From Octopus bimaculoides (taxonomy: Eukaryota), in NCBI RefSeq assembly GCF_001194135.2, contig NC_068998.1, positions 36,563,289 to 36,627,288 on the forward strand: a stretch of DNA of 64,000 nucleotides. The letters run 5' to 3'. Positions 11,680 through 22,079 of the stretch are shown here, one piece after another (position 1 is the stretch's first letter; each line of letters opens with the position of its first letter). Below the pieces are notes generated by a model that saw nothing but the letters and a program-made list of their open reading frames with translations, did no database searches and was not told where the DNA came from. A program made the position numbers and the translations under genes.

Positions 11680-12060
11680 TTTCAAGATTTGTAGAGGCTA
11701 TGGAGAGTTAGCTCGCATGTCTAGGACTGAAATATGCTAAATTCAACATTAAAATCGCAGGGAAACCAGGGAGGTTCACCGAATCCTAGTTATGTAAGAG
11801 ATATTCCTTAGACAAGAGTACATATACCTATAAGAACTGCATTATATGTGGTTTTAAGCCTGGAATTAACTGTAAAACTTGGAGCGTAGTCTATCATATA
11901 AAATGCATTGTGGGTGATTATAGGAACCTGATTACGGCATACATTGGGGAGACTTCTAGTAGCTTGGTTGAAGGACTAAATGGACAGAGGTTGGACTATA
12001 ATGACAGGGAACAGTCGTCGATGCAAAAGATCAACATAGTAGCATGCGGAATCAAATCAT
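11680..12060 (+). mobile_element. PLE GIY-YIG fragment
   Basis: ORF 11910-12119 contains AYIGETSSSLVEGLNGQR (YIGET..L..RL.EH motif), preceded by an 'IYKMHC'-like stretch. Confidence 0.55.
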
Positions 12061-12749
12061 CATCAAAATCTTTTTCTAAACCTCATCATTACAAAAGAAA
12101 CGTGAGTTTGCTCTCATGAGATAGACATTGCCGTTTTTAAAATGCAGAATATACTTCGCAGGTAATTGAACCACAACGCTACTGCTACTATCCAAGAAAT
12201 TTATACACACACACACACATATACATATATGTTTGTATGTATATATGTATGTATATATGTATGTATATCGATGTGTATGCGCGCGTGTGCGTATGTGTGT
12301 ACGTGAAGGCATAAATACATGTATGCGTAGATACATTTAGTGTAGGTTTAGGATGACACCAAGATACGAGGAAATCCGTATAGATAAATACATGTATATA
12401 TGAACAATTTCAAAAATTCATGCGCACGCACACTTGGACACACGCACACAAACAGGTACAAGCACATACGCACACATGCACACACGAGCGCGCTCGTGGG
12501 AACACAAATACACGCAGACATACACACATACACTTATCTATTCCTAAAACCGGCTTCACCGTATGCACATGTATGTACGCACCAACAGACATACATACAT
12601 TCAGTCATTTACGAACATTTACACGAACATACTGAACCAACTCAATCAAACGAACATGCCCTCTAATGCGCACATTCACACGCGCACACATACACACGCG
12701 CGCGAGTACACACGCATACACACACGCACTGATCTCTCCATTTTACCTC

Positions 12750-12911
12750 TCCCGCACCCCACGACCGACACAAGGAGCCACACCCATAAATCTTTACTAG
12801 ACGACAATGAGGAACTGAATTTGATTAAAAAGGCCGGACTGCTAAAGAGGGGACGGATCACCAAAGCAAACACACACGCACACACACACTCACAAACATG
12901 CCTACTGGTAG
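12750..12911 (+). other. Candidate 5' exon with ATG (12898) and consensus splice donor
   Basis: caaacATGCCTACTGGTAG|gtaagt: invertebrate-type start context and a perfect AG|GTAAGT donor at 12911/12912, in non-repeat sequence. No downstream exon could be confirmed. Confidence 0.3.
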
Positions 12912-13073
12912 GTAAGTGAATGTTTACTCAAAACCACACATACTCATCATTTACTCTCAGTCTTCCCTTCTCTTATAAGTAACCACATATCTACATGCAT
13001 ACATACATACATACATACATGCATACATACATACGCACACATACATGCATACATACATACATACATACATACA

Positions 13074-13109
<36 letters not shown>

Positions 13110-13469
13110 GAAGCTAATTCAAAGACTGCAAATTCAATGCATCACCGGAACTGTAAAAGTCTGTAAAACTTTCCAGACGTTTATCATTTAAATATATATG
13201 AGCATGTCTAGGTACGCAACTATATGTATGAGAATACATACATAAAGTAAAACGTACATAGCTGCACATATACATACATACAATCAAGAATACACTGTTG
13301 TTGATGTTAAAATTCCGATGAAGGAGCCTTGGATCTAAGATAGAAAACGGTTCTTTCTCTATTGGCAAGAAATCTTGAAATAAAACCGAACAATGACATA
13401 CATGCATACATACATACATACATATATCTCTCTCAGATCTTCCTGTATTAATAATCCTTTCTACTATTG

Positions 13470-13665
13470 GCACAAGGCCTGAAATTTCGCGGAGGGGATA
13501 GTCGATTACATCGACCCTAGTACACGACTAGTACTTAATTTATCGACCCCGAAAGGATAACAGGTAAAGCAGACCTCGGTGGAATTTGAACTTAGAAAGT
13601 AAAGAGGAACGAAATGCCGCTAAACATTTTACCAGGCGTGCTAACGATTCTGTAAGCTCGCCGCC
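13470..13665 (-). mobile_element. SINE family 3 copy
   Basis: Minus strand: ggcggcgagcttacagaatcgttagcacgcc...tttctaagttcaaattccaccgaggtc...ggggtcgataaattaagtac; homologous to 47440-47662 and 35470-35680. Confidence 0.8.
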
Positions 13666-14197
13666 ATTTCCTGTGTTGATAATAAATACAATCTATTTCT
13701 TAGTCTTAAGTTCTTTCACTCACTCAGCCACCCGTATACATACACGCATAGACACACAGACACACGCTCACTTACATTTTCTTTTCCCCTCTTTCTCTCT
13801 TGCACACGCCTATGCGTTTGCCTTCTCATGTTCTCACTCTTACATAGAAACACAATTAATTCACTCATTCACTTATGAACTACACTGCGCATGTGCGGTG
13901 TCAGACACGCCCCGGTCCGCATGCTCGTACATAAATGTACTTACATGCATGCACGCACATACGCGTTCCCACGTTTTCACGTAAATATACAAACACGCAC
14001 ACAAGCGCACATGCACACACATATCCACTCGCAAACGTACACACACAAGGACACAGACCTTCACTCATAAATGTATATAAGCATGCACACATACACATAT
14101 ATACGCTTACATCCACACTCGCACGTTTGCGGTCTCGAATTCACAAGTTTACAGAAGTGTACTCACACAAATACAGGCATTCGTATACATCTAGTTT

Positions 14198-14287
<90 letters not shown>

Positions 14288-14306
14288 CTCTGACTCTCTC
14301 TCTCTT

Positions 14307-14340
<34 letters not shown>
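14198..14340. repeat. (CT)n microsatellite
   Basis: Directly visible; explains the poly-SL and poly-ER ORFs. Confidence 0.95.
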
Positions 14341-14341
<1 letters not shown>

Positions 14342-14901
14342 CTCACACACTCTATCTTTCTTGCCCTCTCTTTCCGTGCTATATCACAAGTGCGCACATA
14401 CATACCTATAGCCACTCAGACAGAACCTATTTAACAGCAGGTAACAATATTAATCAATAATTACTACCAATCCCTTTATCAACAAGCGATCACTGTGATT
14501 GAACTAATGCCTAACTATAGACGCTATTTACTGTAATTGTTATTATTTATTCAAACACCATGAGTGTAACCTTAAGCAAGTGTTATAACTCTTGCCAACA
14601 CACCCCGACGAGGGGCCGCACTGTCGTTGAAGGATATTCTTCAAATAACAATGCAATCTCACCCAAATTACATGTTTACCCTCTTAGAAATACAACGTAT
14701 ACATAAATGCAGTCTTGATAGAATAAATGCAATTAATATAGCTTATATGTATTATCTCATACTTGTTTCAGGCGATAGGTCTCGGCTATGCTGGGGCACC
14801 ACCTTCAAGGTTTTAGCAGAACGAATACAAGCAAAATCTCGTGCATCCATCCATCCATATATACATACATGCATACATATACATGCACATATATACGAAT
14901 T

Positions 14902-14966
<65 letters not shown>

Positions 14967-15125
14967 CTATCAATATATATATATATATTATAATGGAGTA
15001 ATTAATATGAAGTATTGTGTAGAATATATTGTATAAAGGATCGTGGGTAAGGCCAGAACGGTGCGAAGTAAGGCCAGAACAGTGCAAGGCAAATTACAAG
15101 AAAACAAATATATGAATTAATTGCA

Positions 15126-15161
15126 TTCAATATTTCGGGGTTATGACCCCATTTTCAAGAA
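15126..15161 (-). ncRNA. Hammerhead motif, U3-A8 variant (left arm)
   Basis: Exact reverse complement of 15231-15266. Confidence 0.6.
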
Positions 15162-15230
15162 ATTAATGAATATTGCCGATGTTCACTCCACACACGCTCA
15201 CACACACGCACATCGGCAACATTCGTTAAT

Positions 15231-15266
15231 TTCTTGAAAATGGGGTCATAACCCCGAAATATTGAA
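15231..15266 (+). ncRNA. Hammerhead motif, U3-A8 variant (right arm)
   Basis: UUC-UUGAAAA-U-GGGG UCAUAA CCCC-GAAAUAUU^-GAA; palindromic AAUAUU stem III, 3-bp stem I. Confidence 0.6.
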
Positions 15267-15364
15267 TGCAAGGTAAGTCTACAGTAATTCATAAGTTTGT
15301 TTTCTTGTGATTTACCTTACAATTACTTCATATTGTTCTAGCCTTACCCACTATCCTTTTTACA

Positions 15365-15396
<32 letters not shown>

Positions 15397-15399
15397 CAA

Positions 15400-16880
15400 T
15401 ATAATGAATATTTTGGACTAGTAGGCATAAGTCGATAGTGGGTTGAAGTGAGTGTTGAGTAGAGCATTGGCACAATTTGTGCTACCTGTTGTCATCCACA
15501 GTCGGGGTATATTTCCGTTGGATCAACCTCAGGACTCCGTAGTGTCAGGGTAATTATATTAAGTAACGAGAAGATGGATTTAGTATTAAACTTTATTCTA
15601 TACAACATTCGTTTCGACCCAACCGGTTATTGTCCCTTATGTGTGGGACTCTGCTCAACATGCTGTGTTGCATCCAACTTGCAGTCTGGGTCTCATCAGG
15701 TAGATCCATAGATAAAATTTTGTCTCAGTAAAGATGTTGACCGTCGGCCGCCATGTTGTTATAAGCCCGTCTAGTTATAGAATGAATAAAATGCAACTAA
15801 GACTGCAGAAACCCAAAAATTCAAATACAGAGTAGAAATCTTGCGTTCCTGTTTAGATAAAATGACCTTAATCAGTTTTCGACTTCATAACTGCGTAGAG
15901 GAAAAAGACAGAAGAAAAATAGGATAAACAGGAAAACGAATACTTACACACCCTCGCAACTATATATACCTTCCTATATACTCGGGCACAGAGACAGACA
16001 TACATGTGCATACACAGACGTGCACACATACACCCACAGACAAGCACACTCATATATACGCATATCTGTATACGCACGCACACATACGCATGTACCTACA
16101 TACATACACATATACACAAACCTGTGTGCCCGTTTAGATTTATACATCCCCTTTTCCCCAGCCGCCCCTCAAGCCTGCTAGTATTTCTCGGTACATTTTT
16201 GTTATACGCAGCTGCATTGTAAGGTAACATGTCTGAATACATGTAGCGTTCGCATGCCGTCCTTACTTGGCGTAGGGCCTATGGTTGCAGATATTGACGT
16301 TTTAACTCAGTGGTGGGTAGGGGAAACATTAATTCGAGTTGTCGTTTTTATGGTTTGTATCGGTTTGTATCGGTTTACGTTGTAGTGTGTGAACATGTGT
16401 TTAGTTGTTTGCATACATCTAGGCAGTCGTTCAGTAAATCTGTTTATATTCCGCTCCTTTGTAATAATATTGACAGTAACTCCTCGGAATATAGCTGGCA
16501 TTTCCAGGATAGGGTGTTATAGGGAATCGTGTGACTAATTATTGACCAGGTCAGGTCATATTTTGCCCTCTATTCCTTGAGTCGCTAGACGAAATCGGCC
16601 AGTGATGTTGGATGCCATTTAAAGGATTTTTTCGAAAAGTGGTGATGTGGTTGCGATACCAATTTCTGAAAATATCGGCTGATGCACCGATGTATTCGTA
16701 GGGACCCTCCTCTAGATTTTACTGTTCACTTGTAAACCACATTTCGGATGTTGCATTGCTTATCCAGAGGACATTTCGATCATTTCCTGCATGAGCATAG
16801 TTGGTAATTTTTTTCTTTCTTTGCCTGTATGCAGCCAATACCAATCCAATCGATTTTATTTCCATTCGTGGTCACGTTTA
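15400..16880 (-). mobile_element. PLE 3' region: GIY-YIG remnant (16400-16860) and pLTR with hammerhead (~15400-15850), interrupted by microsatellite
   Basis: Minus strand: CSCRK*SKCPLDKQCNIRNVVYK...YIGASADIFRNWYRNHITTFRK...SLADFV..LKE...YDLTWSII...KCQL, typical of PLE CxCx5CPL/GIY-YIG regions. Confidence 0.75.
15601..15702 (-). ncRNA. Type I hammerhead ribozyme with intact canonical core and branched stem II
   Basis: Minus strand: UAC-CUGAUGA-GACCCA[65 nt]UGGGUC-GAA-AC GAAU GU-U^-GUA. All core nucleotides and the G10.1-C11.1 pair are canonical. Confidence 0.8.
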
Positions 16881-17024
16881 GCTGCCTACAAGTAAAATGT
16901 ACCAACAAATAATGTTACATATAAATCAAAAAACAAAACGAAGAAAAAGCACTACAAAAAACAACAACGCGAGAACCTGGTGCATGCAAAGTACTAAAAG
17001 ACGCTCAAGGAAGGAAAGAAAGCT

Positions 17025-17061
17025 TGTTTTACGTTTCGAGAAAAGCTCTTCTTCAAAAACA
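17025..17061 (-). ncRNA. Minimal hammerhead, C3U variant
   Basis: Minus strand: UGUUU-UUGAAGA-A-GAG CUUUU CUC-GAAACGUA^-AAACA; 5-bp stem I. Lies in a probable PLE terminus at ~16890-17130. Confidence 0.7.
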
Positions 17062-17138
17062 GGAGACGGAGGACGGAAGAAAGTCCAAAAGAAAAGGAAG
17101 ACTGCGAAAAAAATCACCAACAATCCACATGTAGTTAC

Positions 17139-17197
<59 letters not shown>

Positions 17198-17224
17198 AAC
17201 ATATATATGTGTATGTATGCATGA

Positions 17225-17360
17225 CTGACTTTCACACAGTTTCTCTCTATCAAATACACTCACAAGACATTGGTCGGCCAGAGGTGTCGCCCTGTGGGAC
17301 TGAACCCACCTGAAAACAAGTAGCTGGGCGTGCGCTTCTTAACCATACAGCCTTGCCTTA
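17225..17360 (-). mobile_element. SINE family 2, 5' fragment
   Basis: Minus strand: ggctgtatggttaagaag...gggttcagtcccacaggg..cacc...gaccaatgtcttgtgagtg; homologous to 56400-56570. Confidence 0.7.
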
Positions 17361-17758
17361 ATTCGAAATTCGTTCCAATTATCTTCAGCCTGGTTCGAGA
17401 TTTTGTAAACGGAAAAAGATATTCTCTGATGGATACCTAAATACCACGTGACACTTGCATCGAAAGAGATCATTCTCTTCTGCTCCTTTCCAGTCAGTAA
17501 TTAATCCTCTCCTCCATGAAACCTGCAAATGTCCTGCATTGAAAATACATAATTAGTTCATCTTTATTAATGATATTATTAATATGCAATGTTATCTCCA
17601 TATTCAAAATAGTTGATGATCCGTTGAGACGTTCTTTCTTATAATGTTTGTGTTCGTCAGACTCCGGATAGAGATAAGGTTTCCATGATCATTGCAAATT
17701 TAATCTAAACAGAACAACACACGCACATATATACAATTATGCGTGTATATGTATATGC

Positions 17759-17816
<58 letters not shown>

Positions 17817-18242
17817 NNNNNNNNNNNNNNNNNNNNNNNNNNNNNNNNNNNNNNNNNNNNNNNNNNNNNNNNNNNNNNNNNNNNNNNNNNNNNNNNNNNN
17901 NNNNNNNNNNNNNNNNNNNNNNNNNNNNNNNNNNNATATAATGATTTATAGTGTTGAAGTGGGTGGCGACAGGCTGGCTTGGCATACGTAGCAAACTGGC
18001 ACTTCAACACTTCTTAGATCATCGTTCTGTACCTGAACCCAGCACTAATACACTCCTCCGCCTAGCTGAGCTCGCCTGAACACTCAATTGTTTTTTCCTT
18101 TTCTGGTAAATTCTATAAGCAGATCAGCGGTTATATATATTATGAACTTTTATGTCTCTTTATTCTTCTCTCTTTCCATCTCCTTATTCGCTTACCCTTC
18201 CTCTATGTTATCATTCTCATTTTCCATATTTTTCCCCAATTT

Positions 18243-18298
18243 GTCTCTGACGACGGAATATCCCATAATCGAGGATATCCCCAAAACAGCTGTAAGAT
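18243..18298 (+). ncRNA. Hammerhead motif, probably inactivated (G12A)
   Basis: GUCU-CUGACGA-C-GGAAUAUCC..GGAUAUCCCC-AAAACAGCUGUA^-AGAU; palindromic ACAGCUGU stem III, GUA triplet. Confidence 0.6.
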
Positions 18299-18429
18299 TT
18301 TGAATTTCTTCCTGTAATAATATCGTATATGACTTGAGATGTTGCTTTTCCTAAATTGTTGACGTCCTGTTTAACAATTACATATATATATATTTATAAG
18401 GATATGTTATAATACTATTCCACAGCCAT

Positions 18430-19330
18430 ACCAACAATCCAGCTTACCTCCATCATCAGCTGCCCCACGGATACCATCACGGTTTCGACACCTGGGCACT
18501 CAATCCATCGGTATCAACAGTACTAAAATAAGTGTTGTTTGGGAACAAGCCAACCAAAGAAACCCCAATTTTCAAGCACATTTACCTTATGTATAACCTT
18601 ATCGATAAATAAATTCAATAAATTCAATAAGTAAATTACAACTACTCCTGAATATGTAACTAAACAACGACAAATCTATCAAGTTATACAAAAATTATAA
18701 TCCCTACCGTCTTCCGTAGTATAATATAAAAGTAAAAGCTTAATAACCACATTATTTCAATCAATATATAGGCAGGATTAAACACTAACTTTAATAAAAC
18801 TACAACAAAGAAACAAATAAACCAATGTACATTGTATTGGTATTAATAGTAAACTACAATAATTAAAATATGCTAAATTGCGACCAATCTTTAAGTCCAT
18901 ACAAATAATAATCCCACCAGTCTCCCATAGACTCTACTATAATGAAAGTTAAAGCTTTATATAAATCTCTCCAAAACAAAACAAATACGACTGAAATTAA
19001 TTTAACTAATATTTTTATGATTGAAATACACTATTTCATCATTCAAAAGTTAAAAATAAAACACTACATACTCATTAATATATCACCATTAAAAGCTATA
19101 TTATCAAATTACTAGTAACAAATATAAACTTAAATTTCATTAAATAGGAACTAGTAAAAGTACTTATAATTAACTATTATTATAAACCTTGCTATTTTTA
19201 AAGCTAATTAAAAGTGTTTAAAAGGTAATAAATCTACAAGTATTAACACTTACATGTTTAATCAGACACACGGTTCCATCACCAAGAATTTAAAGAGCCA
19301 ACTAAATATTAATGCCCTAGTGCGTAATTA
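18430..19330 (+). mobile_element. Highly degenerate PLE RT remnant
   Basis: A/C-rich + strand; traces resembling RT motifs: 'IISCPTD' (~18450), 'MKVKALYKSL' (cf. DVKSLYTNI, ~18943), and a 'HYFIIQK...HYILIN'-like stretch (~19030-19075). Confidence 0.35.
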
Positions 19331-20304
19331 CTACTTCCTCAATTGTCTCAATATTGGTGACGTAGTTGTAGGGAAGAGGGTATACACCATCCTGTGTATC
19401 CCAATTCCGTACATTAAATTCTTCAAGGATGAAAACGGAACGCGGACTCTGAACTAAAACAGCATAACAAATACTCATTACAGTAGAATTCTGCTCACAC
19501 TAGGAGGGAATTCGGTAGCATGTCGCCTTTCGTTAGATGAGATGCCGTCAATGAAGTTGCGTGGTTGAAGTCTTTTCCTCCTCTCTGGTTAACGATGTGG
19601 ATTCATTGTAGAGTTGACGGAGAGCTGCTGTCGAGACGTCTAGTTTCCACGAAGTTCAGCAAGCAAAAGAGGCAGAGAGACGCAGGAACGCTTGGATGTT
19701 GGATGACCACGAATGCACACGAGGGACTTCCTGCATGCTTTCTGGAAGACTAGTCCCTGCGCATGCGTGGATAAACTCTCCAAAATGGCGGCTGGTATCA
19801 GTCGCCACTACATAGTAAACAAATAACTCGAATCGTAAACCTTCCAAATCCTTACAAATATTTGCTAAGTTGAAGTCTGGATAATACCTCATATTTATTT
19901 CAAATTTCAAATTTTCCACCTAAACTGATTAAAAGTTTTAAGCAATTTACCATATTTATACCCTTGTTTTACTAAATATTTTGACAGTTTATTTATTCTT
20001 TCCATATACGTGTAAGATCAACAAAAAAGTACTACATGTGGTGAGAGATAAGTATTGTTAAATGAACACAGTATATATTTTTATGAGCGATTAATAGTTT
20101 TATGCAGGGAAAACGACACAGACAACATTTTATAACACCTCTCGTTGCTTTCATGCAATCTTCAGACTGTGCTCATATGGCAATTTTCAAGCTAAAGTAG
20201 GACGACAAAATAAGAGAAAATATGAGAAAAGACGAGAAGACGGTGGATGTAAAAGGTGGAAGGGTGCAAACACCGGAAAACGAGCAGAAAGGCAAAAGAC
20301 TAAA

Positions 20305-20366
<62 letters not shown>

Positions 20367-20374
20367 TCGTTTAG

Positions 20375-20529
20375 AATATAGTGGGAAATCACAGTTTGCT
20401 CAAGTTGACTCCGGAGCCTGGTGCGTGTGTCCCTGGGAAGATCTTCGAATGCCTCAGTTTTGGCCAACAACTCGGCCTTGGAGCAGCAGATAGAGTGGAT
20501 AGCGTCTTTGTTAACCACGCTCCAGATTT
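20375..20529 (-). mobile_element. Tc1/mariner transposase C-terminal fragment
   Basis: KIWSVVNKDAIHSICCSKAELLAKTEAFEDLPRDT..RLRSQLEQ resembles the 'IW..VE......K..L...I.EAF..LP........FR.RLE' C-terminus. Confidence 0.6.
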
Positions 20530-20672
20530 TGAGATGTTAACATTTCGGAATAGTTGTCTCTTTATCGGTCACAAGCATAAGAGAGTGTTTTCTCTTAATT
20601 CAGCTCGCAGTGTCGTCTGCTTAGTGTCCATGACCGATGACGAGACAACAACTCCGAAATGTTACCATCTCA
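20530..20672. ncRNA. Head-to-head inverted pair of 42-nt hammerhead-like units (20530-20571 minus; 20631-20672 plus)
   Basis: Arms match at 37/42 positions. Plus arm: UGA-CCGAUGA-C GAG ACAACAA CUC C-GAA-AUG UUAC CAU-C^-UCA. Confidence 0.55.
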
Positions 20673-21099
20673 CAATCAAGGTAGGTGGCGCTGCGTTCTG
20701 ATCTAGGTATACACACATCATTTATGAACAAGCGAGATATATTCTCTGTGACAAAACGCAGTGCGTAGCTTGTTCCCCAGTTCGAACGTGCATCCAGCAT
20801 GTTCGGACTGATAATAATATTGCAACTATAGATTCTGCCAGCTCGGTGGCTGATTGTGGCACAGAGCCAGTAGTTTTGAAAGGAGGTATTATTTGATACT
20901 ACCATCCCCAGTATTTCACTGGTACTTTATTTTATCCAGTCTTAAAATATGAAAGACAATGTTGTTCTTGGGTGAATTTGAACTCAGAACGTAAAGAGCC
21001 GAAAGAAATGCAAATAGGCACTTTTCCGATACTCTTTAGACGAGATTCTCGAAAGCCTTCGTAGATGTTACATTTCCTAGTTAACTAACAGCTGCTTTG

Positions 21100-21830
21100 T
21101 TGAATAAACCTAAACTTACCAGCAGGCTTTTGGCTTTTGTTGCTAGTAGTTAATCTTGGCAGGATAATGAAGCATATTGATATACTTGCGGCCAAGATGC
21201 TGTTGACTCCACTTGTATACAACTTCAAACATGACAGATGATGTCTATTTAAATGGTAATGAAAACTACATTAGCCTCGAGAAAATATGTTAAAGAGCGG
21301 TCTAACTGAACACACAAGCTCTTTGTGTGATGTCTTCTGTTTATCCAACTATATCTAGAACATAAATAAGAGAATAATTACTAACACTGCAAAACACTGG
21401 TTTTTATTCAACGGTACATCACCTTTAAGTCTATTATGTTTAAATGACAAGATGTGATTATGCAATCTAGATTTCAAGTTGTCAATCGTCGAGTCTGTGT
21501 AGGTGAAGGTGTCTGAGTCAGATATTTAATCCTACTGGTAAACTATATTCCTAAGTAAACAGATATTATTAAGCGGGCAGATATGTCTGTTATGACAGTT
21601 GCATATTCCAAAGGGTATCAGGCTACTTAGAACCACTACTATCATATAACTTAGGTGTTGCATTAATACTAATTAAACATCTCTATGATTCAATAACCTT
21701 ACTATAATTGCTAACATGATTATTATTGCTGACAGTAGCAGGGTTGGTGCAGTTTAGTTGGACAAGTGTAGATGCATCATACTAAATTACGTTAGAATTA
21801 TGACAGTTGTCAGTGCACATGTACTAGTTT
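21100..21830 (-). mobile_element. Degenerate PLE GIY-YIG region
   Basis: Minus strand ~21540-21610 reads CNCHNRHICPLNNICLLRNIVYQ, the CNC..CPL..CL...VY motif that precedes the PLE GIY-YIG. Confidence 0.6.
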
Positions 21831-21975
21831 CATTATTATTACTTTTATTCACAGCCTTCACTCCTCTGCGTAGGCGTGCTGGGCTGGATTAGGGTTATTT
21901 ATATTAACACTAGGGAATCACGTATCGCTACTTTTAGCAGCAGGTTTATACTTACTCCGCCCAGCCTGCGAGATA

Positions 21976-22044
<69 letters not shown>

Positions 22045-22045
22045 G

Positions 22046-22079
<34 letters not shown>

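Larger units (their letters stand above)
15026..15367. mobile_element. Fold-back pair of PLE-type termini
   Basis: 15122-15182 is a near-perfect reverse complement of 15209-15269; outer arms 15030-15118 / 15283-15365 are also homologous; (CA)-like 26-nt spacer. Confidence 0.85.

Noticed and set aside
20381-20701. 106-aa + strand ORF ending near an AG|GTAGGT donor
   Set aside because: It is antisense to a mariner fragment and crosses the 143-bp palindrome; no recognisable protein.
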